Notes: generated by a model not told the origin, from the sequence alone. A stretch of DNA of 64,000 bases from Lama glama (GCA_028534125.1 CM052816.1:100628001-100692000); one strand, 5' to 3'; positions 49,601 through 63,640 are shown, counted from the stretch's first letter. Made by a program: numbers and translations.

Positions 49601-51363
49601 CAGACACCCGTCAGAGACCTCGGGTCTGGGTCCCCAGGCCCTGGTGCGGGGAAGCCTTAAAGGAGGGTTTCTGGCAACAGATGCGTGGCTCTGCTGAAGC
49701 TGCCGACTTAGAAATGTTAGTGTTTCTGGTAAAGCTCCCGCGTGCTCCCACAGGGCAGCTTAGACGCAGCAGGTGCAGAGCGCACGCATCTCAGGCCAGC
49801 GCTGTCACGGGCCTGCTGTGGCCTGTAACACACGCACAGGTGCACGCACACATGCTCCTGTCCGTAAGCTGCGACCCCGCCTTGCTCCAGGGGAGCCACT
49901 CTCTGAGGGAAAGCAAAACGCCCCAGAAAGCAGTGTGAGGACTGAGGGGGTCTCCCCCCACTGGCGTGTGAACAGAAGCCATGTCGGGAATGAAAACAGA
50001 GGATGGAAGGGGGGTGCAGCTGGGTGTGCAGAGCGGGCAGTGAAGGGGCACGGGGCCCGTCCGGGCGGGGGGCAGGACCGGCGCCGTGCCCCCCGAGGAA
50101 ACCCAAGGCTCAGGACATCTGCCCTCCAGGCAGGAAGCAGAGTCTGAGGCAGCACGTTTGAGCGAGCGGAGTCCAGGGGGCCAAGGGAAGGACGTGGAGC
50201 GATGCTGAAGCCCAGCCCCAGTGGGGACACCTGCCCCGACTGCCCAGAGCGTCCCATCGGGGGCATGGGAACCTGTGGATGGATTTAAACAAGCCTGTGC
50301 GTTCAAAGCAGGAGTAGACACCCCAGCATACGAGCCAGGGCACTGCCCAAGGGCCTGAAGGGGGTAAAGTCCAGGAGCAGTTTCCAGCGTGCATGTGTGA
50401 AGCATGTCACTGCAGGGTCACGGGAGAAGGTGGCCAATGGACAACGGTGAAGCGTGAGGGTGTCATTTTAATCCCAGCTTGTGAGGGTGACAGAGCCACT
50501 GTGGGATCAGAGCTGGGGCCGTCAAGGTGCATTTGGTGACAGGTGGCCTTGCGAAGATGCCAGGCTCCCCCTCCCTGAGGCGACTGCCTCCCGGCCTCCC
50601 TGGTGTGGGCACCTGGCTGATCTGGGCTTTCCAGAGCCCGGCCGGTGGCTCCCTTCTCAGACCCCCTTGGAGCACTCTGGCCCTGGGAGGCCTGTTCCCC
50701 CCTCAGGAGCTCTGCCAGGGAGCAGCAGCAATGACCACCCACCACCACTGCCACCACCACCGCCCCCGCAGTGCAGGAGCGACTCCCCATGCCTGAGGGA
50801 GGCGTGTGCGGGCAGCTCGGGCTGCTGTCCTCGGGGCCTGTGCTGTGGTCCAGCGGCTGTGGCCCAGCAGACGCCTCCGGAGCAGGCGGTGAGGCCAGCC
50901 CAGGGGCTGGCTCCGTGGCCCTGCCGCCCTGGGCGGCCACGTGCCTCTTGGCCTTGGAAGCACCTCTACCTACGAGATGCGGGGTCAAACCCAGAGGGCG
51001 TAACCTCTGCGGGGCCGCGTCCGAGCTGGCCAGCAGCCTGCAAGGGAGGGCGGGAGCGGCCTTTAGCAATGAGATTCATGGCAGCACGCAGGCGGTGAGC
51101 AGGGCCTATTGAGCTGCAATTACTAACTTAACGGAGAGGAAATTTTAAAACAGATTAAATACTCAAGTGGTGCAGGCAGATACCAGGCTTTCGGGACTCT
51201 GCCTCCACATGACTTCATTCGTGGGTCAAAAGCCAGGCAGGAGTCCAGGCCCTGGGCTCCTCCGACAAGACCTGACGGGGACACCAGGATTTCCGGTGGG
51301 TTTCTACTCCCATAAGCTGTCCTCTGCTGCTGGTGGAGCTGGGACTGCAGGGCCGCAGGTTGC

Positions 51364-51471
51364 TCCTCCTCCCTCCGCCCCTCCCACCTTCTCGCTCTCT
51401 CTTTCTTTCTCTTATTTTTCTCCCTCCCTCCCTCCCTCCCTCTCTTTCTTTCTTTCTTTCCTCTTTCTTTT
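51364..51471 (+). repeat. Polypyrimidine (CT/CCCT/CTTT)n microsatellite
   Basis: ctctctctctttctttctctt...tccctccctccctccctccctctctttctttctttctttcc read directly. Confidence 0.95.
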
Positions 51472-54400
51472 GCATTTTTAAACAACGAATGTCAGTGAAA
51501 ACCCATGTACCATGGCCCTTGGTGTCCCCCAGGTGGTCAGCCTGGTTGCCAGACCCAGTGGTGACAAGCCAGCAGGAAACTGTCCAGGGACGGGGTGGCT
51601 CCTGGGCCCCTGAGAGCCGCCCCGGGGCTGCCCTTCCAGGTCAGAAACAAGAAGAGGACGCAAAGTGCTCGCAACTGCCTCTGAGACGCGTTTCTGCAGT
51701 GCTGGCGGGCGACAAAGCGACCCCATGGGTACCCAGCGGGGCGTGTTTGTGGTGGTTTGTGGACCCCTGTTATCCGCTCCAGTGGCAGGAGTCCAGCGGG
51801 AATCCCAGGACGCAGCAGAGAGCGGCGGGCCTCGGTCTGGCCCGCGGGAGTCCTGAGCAGGTACATATGGTCGGAGCTCCTGACCTGGGAACCTATCTCC
51901 ACCTCATCCGCTCAACGTCAGGAGCATGTGCCTCCGGGATGGGGCAGGACACGGCTCAGTCCTCAAGTCCAGGGAAAGGGAGACCCGTGGTGCCCGAGGT
52001 CTCCTCACAGGAAACCAGGACAATGGCTGAGGATAAGCTTCCTAAATTACAGGGCTGTTTGAAGTTTGAGAAGCATTTGCAGGTAACCATCTCTCCAGTG
52101 AGCACCATTTGCTGAACGTGGATGGCAAGACAGGGTCAGAGGCTTTAGGACTTGCTACATCGCAGGTCCCCAGGAAGCGAGCGCGTGTGTCTGAATCAAA
52201 GTCCCTGGCCCTAAACCCCAACTTACGCCCACCTGCCGTGCCCGAGAATCACTCCACCGACACCAGGGTGAGGCGTGGGACAGGGCTCGCTGGCTCACCA
52301 CCTGTCTCCCATAAAGCCCCGGGTGCAGCGTGTTCAGCCAGGACGCAGTTCCTCAGTGACCTGACCGAAACGCCGTCTCCGCGCTGTCCCGCCAGGAAGC
52401 CCGCGGGCGAGGGCCTCCCGCTCCCGGCAGGCTGGCTTGGCGCGGGGTCCGTTCGCCAGGCGTCCCTTCAAGCCCAGCCGACCTGGAAGCTGTGATGGAC
52501 CCTACGTAAGTGTCTAAGCGAAGGTGAATTCTGTGTTTGGAGTCTGCTCCGGGACAAGTACCTTTACGACTCTTCCCCAGGGACCCTGAGCTCTGAGAGC
52601 TCGAGCTTTCCTGAGTGTCTCACGAAGGACCAGGAGGCCTCTTTGCTGCCCCGACAAAGTGGGCTTCGCGCTCCAGGACCCTCGCTCCAGCCCGTCTTCC
52701 CTCGGGGTGCCCGAGAGGCGGCTTCCATTGGAGCGTCTCAGACGATGGGGCCATGGGAGACTCTGGAAATGTCGGTGCCGGCCGAGCGGGGCTCTAGGCA
52801 GGTCAGGTGGGCGTCACCGAAAGGCCAGTAGCAATGGCCCCTGCTTCAGGAAGGGCTGACTCTGCTTTTGGATTTGTCCCTGAGGCTTCTGGACCAAAGC
52901 TGCAGAACGAATGACAGTGGGTAGGTGAGGTGGGCACAGCCCAGACCCCTGCGAGGATGGAGCCCCTCCCGCCCGGAGGACTCGGACCTGGGCCGGCTCC
53001 GTGGGTGGTCGGTGACGGAGCCCAGGTGTGTCTGAGGGGCCGCCGCGCAGACCGTGGCCACAGCGTCCTACTCCAGGTGTGAGCAGGGAAAGGGCAGCTG
53101 TGCCCCTTCTTCGTGAGACCAACACTCGCTCTGCAATGTGGGCACATTTTCGGGGAAAAAGCGGGTGTTTTCATGATCCCGATGGCCAGAGCTTTGTGAC
53201 AAAGTTCCAGGGGGCTGGGTGCAAGGCTGCGGGACGTGAAGGCACCTGGGGCTTAAAGAAGTGAAATTCTCAGGGATGGTCTCCACTTTGCTCGACACCT
53301 GGGGCCCCGCGGGGCCCCGGGAGGACTCGCTCAGGACCCCGCGGTGGGCAGGGCGCTGGGCGGCCCTCTGTACGGGAGTCCTGAGATTTCTCACTCAGGG
53401 TCCCCCGGGCGACTTCTGCGCTCGCTGCGCCTCCCCAGGGGATGGAGCACAGGGGGTGAGACTCGCAGGCAAGCTTGTAAGTACACAACCCAGCGCTTGG
53501 CGAAGAAGGCTTTGGTTTGCTTAGGATAAAACAAATACTCACAAATACTGGCAGCTTCCCACCCATTGCAGACGATCCAGATGGGGAAAACCCTCCCTCC
53601 ACCCACTGCCCCTGGGGACGGAGGGCGCGGGGCTGGGCCCCTTTCTGCCTTCCTCCTGTCTCAGCCCGCAAACGGCAGGCTAAGGGTCGGAATCCCCCTG
53701 GTCGTTGTCTCCAGGGGCCAGGTTTTCTGAAGGGAGTTCCTGGGGCCTGAAGGAGGTGTCTCCGAGGGCCCCCGGCGTCTGGGAGACGCAGAGAACGGTG
53801 CGCAGACGAGAGTGGCACCTCGGGGTCGGGGGGGGGAGCAGAGGGGGGGGCCCTGCCTGGTGGCCGTCCCTCGTTCTCTGGCGCGGGGCCGCGCCCCAGG
53901 CGGGCCGCCCCTCCTGCCTCCAGCGTGCGGCCTGGAAGGCGCTGGGAAGCCCGAGGGCCCCGCGGCGCGGGCGGCAGGCCCCGGAGTCAGAGGCGGGCTC
54001 GGTGGGACGTTCATTGCGTGCTTTAGGCTTGGGACGTCTTCTCTTCGCCAGAGACAGCTCGCTTTGCTCTGTGCTCTTTAAGCTGCTTCACTCTCTGAAG
54101 TCGAGAGATGGAAGTCCTATTAACTGTCAAGCAATTGTCGTTGTCCAGAAGAGCATGAGTCTGCAATCTCAGCCCCAGTGACGGCCCTCCTGTGCGCCTG
54201 CCCCAGGTGAGGAGGCCCGACGGCCTCAGGGGCTGTGAACTCCTGTCCTGGGGCCTCCAGTCACAGAAGGACAGGCTCCCCTCTGACCCTGCGTCCTCCT
54301 GCCCACATCCAGGTCCCCGTGACAGGGACACGCTGTCAGGTCGCTGTTTCTGGTTCTGATTAAAATCAAACAGACCCGGAGGCTTAAGAGCAGAGAGAGC

Positions 54401-55477
54401 CAGAAAATGCAAGGTGCCAAGAGCCCAGGACACGGGGAGCAACTGAGGGCTGAGGGACAACCCCTCCAGCGTGTAGACCGAGAGCCCAGTTTCCACACAG
54501 TCTCCCCGAGGGAAGCCCCCACCTGTGACAAACATTTTTGACTGTGGGTATTGTGATGGCTGGAACGCGAGGGGAACAGTGACTTAGCCAGACAGACTTC
54601 GTGATGAATGAACAGACAGAACAGACGTTCCTGCAGCTCCAGGACTGTGTGGTCTGTGGAAAAGTCAGCCGTGGGAAGCAGACAGACAGGTGGCCGGACA
54701 GAGGCTGAAGACGGGGTGGAGACCAGCCAGGCTGCATGCAGTCTGCCCGAGGGTTGTGGGTTGAGCTGCGTGGCCCCAGCAGTGGCCCTGCAGCTGGGCT
54801 GGGGGCAGGTGACCTGGGAGGGGCTGGTGGAGGGAGGCGTGGCTGTGAGCTGGCAGCTGCTGCTGGCGCCCACCCACCCCAGGGTCCGGAGCGCGCGGCC
54901 CGGCTGTGGGGTGGGGAGGTGCAAGGACCGGCTTGGGCTCTGGAGTGAGGCACTCAGGAGAAAAGCTGGGAAAACAAAGGTGGGTCCCACTCTGGGAAGG
55001 CGCTGCCCGGGCACCACTGCGCCCTGAGCACAGTGTCAGCGCAGGGCTGGCCGTGACCGCAGGACTGCCCGCTCCATCCCGGTTCCCCGTCCAGCCCCGT
55101 CCAGCCCCGTCCTCTCATCTCCAGCCCCACCGGCAGCCGCAGAACAATGGATGACCGGGGCCCACGTGGGCTTTGCCGCCAGATGTTACAGCTCAGCAAC
55201 GCCCGGAAGAGCAGCGGACGAAGGGCAAGTGACCTTCAAATGGGGCTGAGACACCTGGCTCCCCGGCAGTGGGACCCACCCCCACGGAGCCCTGAGCCCT
55301 TCCGTCCAGACACCTGCCTGCTCCCACCTGATGCCGGGGGGGCTCCTGGAATCACCATCTGTCAGGGGCACGGAGGAGGCGCCTGCCTCGTGTGGGGCAC
55401 TCGGCCTAGCCCCGAGGTCCTGTCCAGCCTCTCGCCCTGTGGGTCTGCGATGATGAAGTTTCCAGTCACAGCCGCCC

Positions 55478-55672
55478 ATCACTGAGCACCACCTGGTGCC
55501 GCAAAAAGCAGTGAGCTTGTCCGCCTTCAGTGACAGTCACAGACACAGGGGTGGGGGCTCCTGTCCTCCGTGTATCGGGGAGAGCACAGAGGCTGGCAGA
55601 AGTCCAGCGACAGGCCCACCGCCACACGGCTGGGCCACGCCGTCAGCCTGGGTCTGTCTGATGCCGAGGCCC
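55478..55672 (-). mobile_element. MIR SINE, GC-shifted
   Basis: cactgagcaccacctggtgcc...gcacagaggctggcagaagtccagcgacaggcccaccgccacacggct...cctgggtctgtctgatgccgaggccc follows antisense MIR order. Confidence 0.55.
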
Positions 55673-58635
55673 CTCCTCCCACCGTCTCGTTGCCCCGACG
55701 AGGGGTCCTGGGAGGGGCCTCCGGGCGGCCACGCTCAGTTCTGACATCAGGCCAGGACGGTCGCGGAGACCCCCGGCTCTCCGTCTCAGCCAGAGGCATG
55801 CGTGGTCATCCCGGGCATGGCTTATGGCTCCCCCAATCCCCCAGAGAAGTTCCCAAGTCTTAGATCCCAGACTGAGGCTGCTGGATCTCACCCCGCTTTC
55901 AGGGAGAGCCTGTTCCGGGAGGTGACCCTGCGGGGTTCTAACAGATGTGAGGGCTTGTCTGTAAAATGGTGAACTTTTTTAATACAAAGTCACAGCAGCT
56001 CTCTTAACAGGCCAGCAGCCACGCCGGGGGTGACAGCCTGGGCTGTAGAGGGAGCTAGGTCTGGACGCCAAGATCCCATCCCCAGACCAGAGGTCCCAGC
56101 ACCCCTCACTCTGAAGGGTGGGGCGTGCAGCTCCCCCATCCATATGCAGGGACGAGGCAGGCGCCGCTCCAGGGGCAGTGCGGGGCTGGTCGCTGACATC
56201 CCACAGGGATGTGTGGCTGAAATTAACACCAGGCTTTGCATTATGTGACGAGGGTCCAGGACACCTAAGGCCACTGATAGCCTGAAGACGCACAGGGAGG
56301 TGGGTGGGAGAAAAAAGAGTGAGACCCCGCGCACAAACAGAGGCCCCCGCCTGACCAGCAGGCCCCTGATGATCCCTGACGGGGGTTGTCCCTCCGGGGC
56401 CACACGCGGCTCTCGGGAAAGATGGGGGAGGGAGGGAGGGCTCGCGTGTTGGGACAACATCCCAGGGTCTGAGCACGTGGAGCGTCCCCAGGGGCTGCAT
56501 CCTGGAGAGGAGGGGCCCGCGCTGAGCCGCGAGGGGCTTTCACGACAGAAGTCTGGGCCTCTGGTCCTTTCGTTCCCGGAATCTCGGGGCTTCATTCTGC
56601 CATGAACTTGTGGTTGGTTGGTTTGAGCTGAGGGTCCTGTGGACCAGGGAGGGAATCAAGGGGTCTGTCCTCCCATCCCTGGAAGGACCCTCGGGCGGGG
56701 TGCGTCGGGGCTGGCGGGACGGGGGCTCTGAGGACATCTGATCTCCTCCACCTTCCCCTGTGCTCTCGACGGGCGCTGCCCCCTCCAGCCCTCCCCGCCT
56801 CCTCCCACCGCCTCAAATGGACAGACAAGCCGAGAGGCTCACACCACCTCCTCTCCAGCTGCAGTCAGGGCAGCCGCTCTAGAAGCAGCAGAGCGGGAGG
56901 GAGGCCCGCTCCCCAGCCCCGGGATCTGCAGGCGCTTGACGGAAATAGCAGGGCAAGAACCCGGCTTAGGAAGCGCACACTCCGGGTCACAGGTGGCGTT
57001 TCAAGGGGCCTTCTCGTGGCCATGGCCAGACGAGCGTGTCCATCACTCCATCTGTGCTGAGGCTGAGGCTGCGGTCCAGGGCCTCCTCACCCCACTCTCT
57101 GGCGGTTCTGTGACCTGGCGGTGTCGGCATTTGTCCCCATCAACTGAGAAACGCGCTGGAGTCTCAGCTCCAGGAGACAGGCAGGGACGACACGGTGAGG
57201 GCGAGGGAAAGGTGGGCGTCTCTCAGGGAGGACAAGTTTACTGCAGACCTGTCACTTCAGAGCCCAGCGCATGAGCGGGCGCCCCGGGTGGTGCTGGGGG
57301 CCCCGCCGGCCGCAGAGCCACGACAGGGACACGGATGGAGGTGCATCTTCCTCCATGAATCAGCCCTAAGGCCGACCGTCATTTGAGGAGTTATAGACTG
57401 TTCTCTTTTTAGATGGATTCTTACAAAAGTGCTGCTTTATCCTCTGTTCTTGACAGAGAGTAGTGACAGTGACATCAGCCATCGTCCCCACAGGTGGCAT
57501 TTCCCCGTCTGCACAACAGTGGTGATGAGCAGCCAGTGTGCAGGTGCCTCAGGGATGCAGCATCACTGAGTCTGCGACAAGCCCAGCAGAGGAGCTGGGA
57601 CACACGGTCGACGGATAAGTCAAAGACTCCAGGCCTGTGGCCTCTGGTTCCAGGCACCACCTCTGGCCCTTCAGGGACACGACCCAGCCCCAGGTGCTGG
57701 TGCAGCTTCCAGCCTCCCGACATCTGGTTTTCCCTCCGAGCACCTACCCGTTTAACGCAGAAGAATAATTGTGCAGCCCCGCGTCCCCCACCCAGGGACT
57801 CTGTCGCAGCCCCCCTCCAGGTACAAGGGACGTCCCCCACTGGCTATCAGCACAGCCCGAGGTTGGCGGAGGAGGGAGGGCCACCCAGCCGTCTGCAGGT
57901 GCCGGGGGCCGCCCCTCCGTGCCTGGAGCCAGCATGCCCCGTCCAACCTTGGGAGGGCAACCGGGCCGTGAAAAATGAAGCTCGGGGTCTGATTCATGAA
58001 TTGCCACCTAAGACTGAACATAATGGAAGCAAATTATGCACAAATGAGTTGCGGCTTAGATATATGACCATTCAAGCTGGAGCTCCAGTTTTCCAGGCAA
58101 GTGATCGCAAAACGACACCTGTGGGGTAGGTGCGCGGCCTTCCTTAGGAGATCCTGGAAAAGCCCAAATAGCGCTTGTATGTGTTTATTTTGAAATACGC
58201 CTTCACGTGTTCAGCCCCCTCACAGAGGGGTTCCCGGGCACCCCGCCTTCGGGACAATGGTGCACCCCGACCTCACAGGGGCAGGAACAACACACCAGAC
58301 CCAGAATGCCCACAGCGTCCACTCCCAGAGACCCCCGGGAGGGAAGCACAGTGCGGCTTGTCGCGGTGCGGTGGCCGCGCGGGCAGACGTCCTTTGTCAC
58401 CGCCGGGACAGCAAATGCTCCGCGTGCTCCCAGTTTGGCCGATCCCCCCGGGAGACCTCCCGACCAGTGTGCCTCTGGTGATTATTTACCTTGTCTTGTT
58501 AAAAGCAGCGCTGTGCATTTCATAGGCGTGAAAAAGGGACGGTGGACGTGAAATTTGCATTTTGTGACATGGGCGAGCCACACTCGGGTGCCATGCATGG
58601 TGCTGTCCCCGCATCTCGTAGCATCTCCAAAGTCT

Positions 58636-58821
58636 TTTTTTTTAAGTCTAGTCAGTCTACAATGTTGTGTCAACTCCTGGCGCACAGCATAACGTTTCAG
58701 TCACACACGCACATGCACATATTCTTTTCCACATTCGTTTTCACTGTAAGTCATTATGAGATCCATAAAACAGATAAACGAGTGTCCACTGTACAGCACA
58801 GGGGACTATACTGAGTACCTT
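58636..58821 (-). mobile_element. Very short 5'-inverted L1 3' UTR insertion with ~15-bp TSD
   Basis: polyT + antisense L1 tail (58636-58764), then sense ataaaacagataaac...ctgtacagcacaggggactatactgagtacctt (58765-58821). Flanks are gcatctccaaagtct (58621-58635) and gcatccccaacatct (58822-58836). Confidence 0.85.
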
Positions 58822-60467
58822 GCATCCCCAACATCTGTTTCCAATGAGACAAATTTGTGCAGGCAGCCCAGCGAGGGGGTGACTCCCTGTGCCCAGGGCT
58901 CGGCGGCTCTGCAGAGATTCGCTGAGAGTTTTACCTAGAAGACGCGTCAAGCGGGTGGCTCACCGGAGACCCTCAACAGCCCGAGCCGCGTCTGCCTGCC
59001 CTGGGGCCACACCTCCAGGACGCTGGCCACAGGGGATGAGCCACGAAGTCAGTGACGCCCTGGACCCGGCACCCGGCTTCCCCCGGCGACTTAAAAAGGA
59101 AGCAGCTGAGAAATCAAGTCCGTGTTAAAGTAAGAAGCGGATGCCTGCACGCTGCCCACAGGCCGGACGTGCCGGGTGTGGCCCCTCCTGGGCTCAGCAG
59201 CGGAAAGCCTCTCACCAGCAGCTGGAGATAAAATACCGACAAGTGTGGAACTGTCCGCGGTTCCAGCCCAGCCTCTCTCCAACTCCCTTGGGATCGAAGA
59301 GGCACGAAGTGGACACCACTTTCGAGAGGAAGCAGAGCACACGATGTGCTTTAGGACGGAAAGCTCAGACGCCGCGGACGGCACGTGCTCACAGCAGGGA
59401 CCCCTGGGCAGCGGCTGCGGGCTCCGGCTGTCCTCCTGGGCGGCAGGCCCACCGTGGGGAGCTGTCCCTGGGTGGGGGCTGCCCACCAACCTCCACTGAT
59501 GGTTGCAGGGTTGAGGGGCAGCTGGTGGGAGCACAGTCCCACGCTCCCGTGACCAGGGACAGGGCAGCCCCTGCCTCCGAGTTTGGGTGGAGAGGCCACT
59601 GGGTCTCACTCCCTCCCACTCAGGGACCTTTCCATGTGTCACCGTGAGTGAGCGGAGTCTCTGGGTTTGCGGAAGTTGTCGTAAGAGTTGCTTCCATCCC
59701 GAGAACACGCAGGACAACCAGGTGGACAGAGGCTGTGCCTGGACCCGCCTCTGCCTGGAGCGCGGTCGGCTTTCCTTCCCGGTGTCCTGAATCACAGACA
59801 CCAGCGACGATGATCAAAGTGTTTTCCACCGAGCTCCATGACCACATCTTTGAAAACTGATAATAAGAAAGAAAAGGCAGAAAAAAGAACCTTTGGGAAA
59901 ACCAGAGGCCTTTCCCCTGAGCCGAGAGCCCCGTGGACGTGCCAAGCACGGGGAGACAGCGGTGCCTGCAGCTGGGACACGGGCCGCCGCTGCCCGCTCC
60001 TCCATCACAGCCGTCACTGTAATTTTAATGAATGTTTATCTTATTTTCTCTGTGTAACCCAATTACTTTTGTTTTCTTAGCCAGCTTCAGGGATCTCTCG
60101 GTTTCCAGAATTCTGCCAGTCCGTCCACTTTAGACAGAACAATTCAATTCATTATCATTAAGCACCTACTCCTGATATCACTTTGGGGGAAACCCAGGGA
60201 AAGAAGAGCACCCCTGCCCAGCCCCACGAGGCGTGCGGGGCGATCTGTTTCCAGCACCTGAGCCGCCCCGAGCCGCCGGCCTGCGGGCCCCTAACGACGT
60301 GCCGAGCTGCCAGCTCGTTAACAGCCTTGTCGTCTGGCAGCCCCACTCGGTGGGGAAGACATTCAGAGCTAAGTTTGAAGGCTGTGAAAATGTGCAGTGT
60401 TGCAAGGGACACAGTCTACGACCGAGGCCCGGGACACCTGGCAGGGAGGGATGGCCAGCGTGCATTC

Positions 60468-60519
60468 GTGCACACGTGTGCAGGCGTGTGTGCACACGTG
60501 TGCAGGCGTGTGTGCACAC
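60468..60519 (+). repeat. 22-bp tandem repeat (gtgcacacgtgtgcaggcgtgt x2.4)
   Basis: Read directly; contains palindromic tgcacacgtgtgca cores. Confidence 0.9.
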
Positions 60520-61298
60520 TGGTGTAACAGGAAGCCATTCCCAGCAGTCCATCGTGCTGTGACCAGCGGGGTGAGTGGCACCATGGTCACAAGCAGGGAC
60601 AGGAGTCAGCCAAGAAGGCAGACAGAGGCAGTCGCCGTAAACCTGCTTCCTTCTCTCAGGAGCAAGTGCTCAGGCTGGGACCAGGAACCACGCCCGGCGT
60701 TCCTGACCCTGGCGCTCAGCCCCACCATTGTCTTTGTCCCTTGGCGTCGTGCTGGGAAGGGGTGCACTCATGCAGTTCCCATGGAGCCTGGGTCAGTTTC
60801 TGCCAGGAGGGATGGAGTGAGGACCCAGGGGGGCGATTGTAAGCACAGCTCAAAGGCTGTCACGCAGAACAGGGGTCCCTCAGAGAATCAGCCGAGGCTG
60901 GAATGGAGGGACATAGAAATGGGGAATCAAATATCCTCTAAATGCCAAGTGACCTTGTTCAAGCAGCAAAAGGAATTGAGAACCATGATTAAGCTGTGGT
61001 GGTCAGCAAACTGCACACGGTCCACAGGAAACGGCTAAGCCAGGAGAATCCGCAGGGCACCGCCTGGGTGGACTGTGGGCAGGAGACAGTCAGAAACAGG
61101 CTCAGCTAGAAATGTCTGGTCTGAGAAGAGCCTGACATTCGACGTTCACGAGGAGAATGTGCAAAGATGAAGCATTTCACTAGGTAACAGCTGCTGGATT
61201 ATGGAATATTCCAGAACAATTCACCATTTGGAAAGAACTCCTCTCGTCAACGTTGGCAAATGCAGCAGCTTCACTGACAACGAGTATGTCTGTGTTTT

Positions 61299-62199
61299 AT
61301 CGAAGTATAATCAGCTTACGGTGTTGTGTCAACTTCTGGCGCACAGGATCATGTTTCGGTCTTCCATACACACACCTACATTCATTTTCATATTCTTTTT
61401 CATTATAGGTTACTACAAGATGTTGAATATACTTCCCTGTGCTCTGCAGTATAAACTTCTTGTTTTCTTATTTTATGTATAGTGGTTAGTGTCTGCAAAT
61501 CCCAAACTCCCAATTTTTCCCTCCCCACCCCCTTTCTCCTCTGGTAACCATGAGTTTGCTTTCTATGTCTGTGAGTCTGTTTCTGTTTTGTAAATGAGTT
61601 CATCTGTGACTTTTTTTTTTAAAGTCCACATATGAGTGGTCTCATATGGCATTTTTCTTTCTCTTTCTGGCTTCCTTCACTTAGAGTGACGATCTCCAGG
61701 TCCATTCATGTTGGTGCAAATGGCGTTATTTCACTCTTTTTTATGGCTGAGTAGTATTCCTTTGTATACATATACCACAGCTTCTTTACCCAACGATATG
61801 TCAATGGACAGTTGGGCCATTTCCATGTCTTGACTGTTGTAAATAGTGCTGTTATGAACACTGGGGTGCAGGTGTCTTTTCGAATTAGAGTTCCCTCTGG
61901 ATATATGCCCAAGAATAGGCTTGCTGGGTCATAGGGTAACTCTATCTTTAGTTTTTTTAAGGAATCTCCATACTGTTCTCCACAGTGGCTGTACCAGTTT
62001 ACATTCCCACCGGCAGCGTAAGAGGGTTACCTTTCCTCCACACCCTCTCCAGCATTTACTGTTTGTGGAGTTTTTAATGATGGCCATTCTGACCGATGTG
62101 AGATGACACCTCATTGTAGTTTTGATTTGCATTTCTCTGATCATTAGTGATACTGAGCATTTTTTCATGTGCCTTTTGGCCATTTGTATGTCTTTGCCA
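61299..62199 (-). mobile_element. 5'-truncated lineage-specific (cetartiodactyl/camelid) L1, ~900 bp, with TSD
   Basis: Minus-strand ORFs give [41 protein letters not shown]...CWRGCG...LVQPLWRTVWRFLKK and GIYPEGTLIRKDTCTPVFITALFT (L1 ORF2 C-terminus), followed by a full 3' UTR. TSD atgtctgtgtttt (61286-61298) / atgtgtgtgtttt (62200-62212). Confidence 0.95.
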
Positions 62200-62604
62200 A
62201 TGTGTGTGTTTTGAAGGCAGACCCATGAGGACACCCCCAGGTGACTGCCCTCCCCAACTGTCTCCTGGGATTTGCAGCCCAGTAGGCTTGTCCTGGGCAC
62301 TTCTGCCTGTGTGTGTTTGGGGAGCAGAACTATTCTCCCGATCAGACCTGCTGCAGGGAGAGAGCCCTGCACCGGATTCAAAGATTCCTACTGGAGCTCA
62401 AAGGGGCCACTGATTCTGGCACGAGAACCAGCCTCAGTTTCCTCGAATGTCTCTGAAATACATGATGATAAAGGAAAGGACAGACCTGAAAGCCTTATTT
62501 AAACACATGCAAGAAATCTTTTCATTTTAAACAGATTTTGCATATTTAATTATACATTTTTACTATGCAGTTGACAATAAGCACTGAAGTAACTTACAGC
62601 AAAC

Positions 62605-62770
62605 AGAGACCCAGAAACCTGGATGTGGAGACAGGTCCCTGGGGGCTTGTTAAAAGGTGGATTCTGACTCAGTGGGAGCGGGTTGAGGGGAGCAGCCTGC
62701 GCGGGCGCATTTCCAACAAGCTCCTGGTGAAGCTGGTGCTCGTGGTCCTGGACTGGTTCTGAGCTGCAGA
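62605..62770 (+). mobile_element. MER5A (hAT-Charlie)
   Basis: cctgggggcttgttaaaa...ttctgactcagtggg...gcatttccaacaagctcctggtgaagctggtgctcgtggtcc matches MER5A (CCTGGAGGGCTTGTTAAAA...TTCTGATTCAGTAGG...GCATTTCTAACAAGTTCCCAGGTGATGCTGATGCTGCTGGTCC). Confidence 0.85.
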
Positions 62771-63494
62771 GGTTTGGAGAGGCAGCCCGAAGCCAGCTGC
62801 CGGGGCTCTCTGTCTTGTCTAACGGGACCGCGTCGTCTAGACCTGCAGGGAGGGTTTGCCTGGCCGGACCCTGCGGCGCCCTTGGTCCCGGACGAGCAGC
62901 AGGGTCTCCTTTACTAGGTCGTTGGGCGGTGCTAGACATATGTTAACATCTCGATCTTGGCAAAAATATAGCTTATATCGTAAATCTACATAGCTATTTT
63001 GTTTTGAATAATATATGTAAATTAATGCTTTATTTTCAATGACCTGAAACATGCTATTTGATATTAAAATGTTAGAGAAACAAACTATTGTGTTTAATTT
63101 ATACTATTTTTGAAGCATTCTTTGCTCTTGGAATAATTTTCCAAAAGCAGTAAGTATGATGTCTTCACCTGTAAAACGTGTCACTTAATCACAGCATAAG
63201 ACAAGCTGTCGCTCTGCTACGCGTCTTCTCCGTTCGCAAGTGTACAGAAGACTGAAATACCCCTGCGTCAGGGGGCAGGTGCGCGATTTCTCTGCATGTG
63301 AACGCTCCTCTCTTTTTAAATGATAGTTTCCACTTGAAATCATTTTCCTCTTTCAAGCTATCGCCTGTGCATGTTTTACCCTCGTGTATACCTGGGGACA
63401 AAAGCCGTGGCTCTCAGGGCAGGGGTGGGCGGCCGAGACTGTCTGGGTTGGCCTGATGCCCCTTCTACATGGATATGAAACGCTGGCTCTTGCC

Positions 63495-63640
63495 CCCTGC
63501 TGCATAACAGAATGCTCAGGGAACTTACAAATACACCTTGTCCCGCCACACAGACTCTGACCTAACTAGCCTGGAGTGAGGTCCCACACTGGCATTTTTG
63601 CCGTTCCTAGTGGGCTCCAGAGTTCAGGACCATGGCTACA
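63495..63640 (+). mobile_element. MER5-family fragment
   Basis: ctgcataacagaatgctcagggaactt...cagactctgacctaactagcctggagtgaggtcccacactggcatttt resembles MER5A/B. Confidence 0.6.

Noticed and set aside
53821..53851. G-quadruplex-like G runs (also 45755-45771 and C-runs at 41171-41200)
   Set aside because: Common at this GC content, with no functional context.
54470..54620. Possible L2 tail, and possible MIR at 52100-52220 and 57060-57155
   Set aside because: Plausible but too diverged to support without an HMM search.
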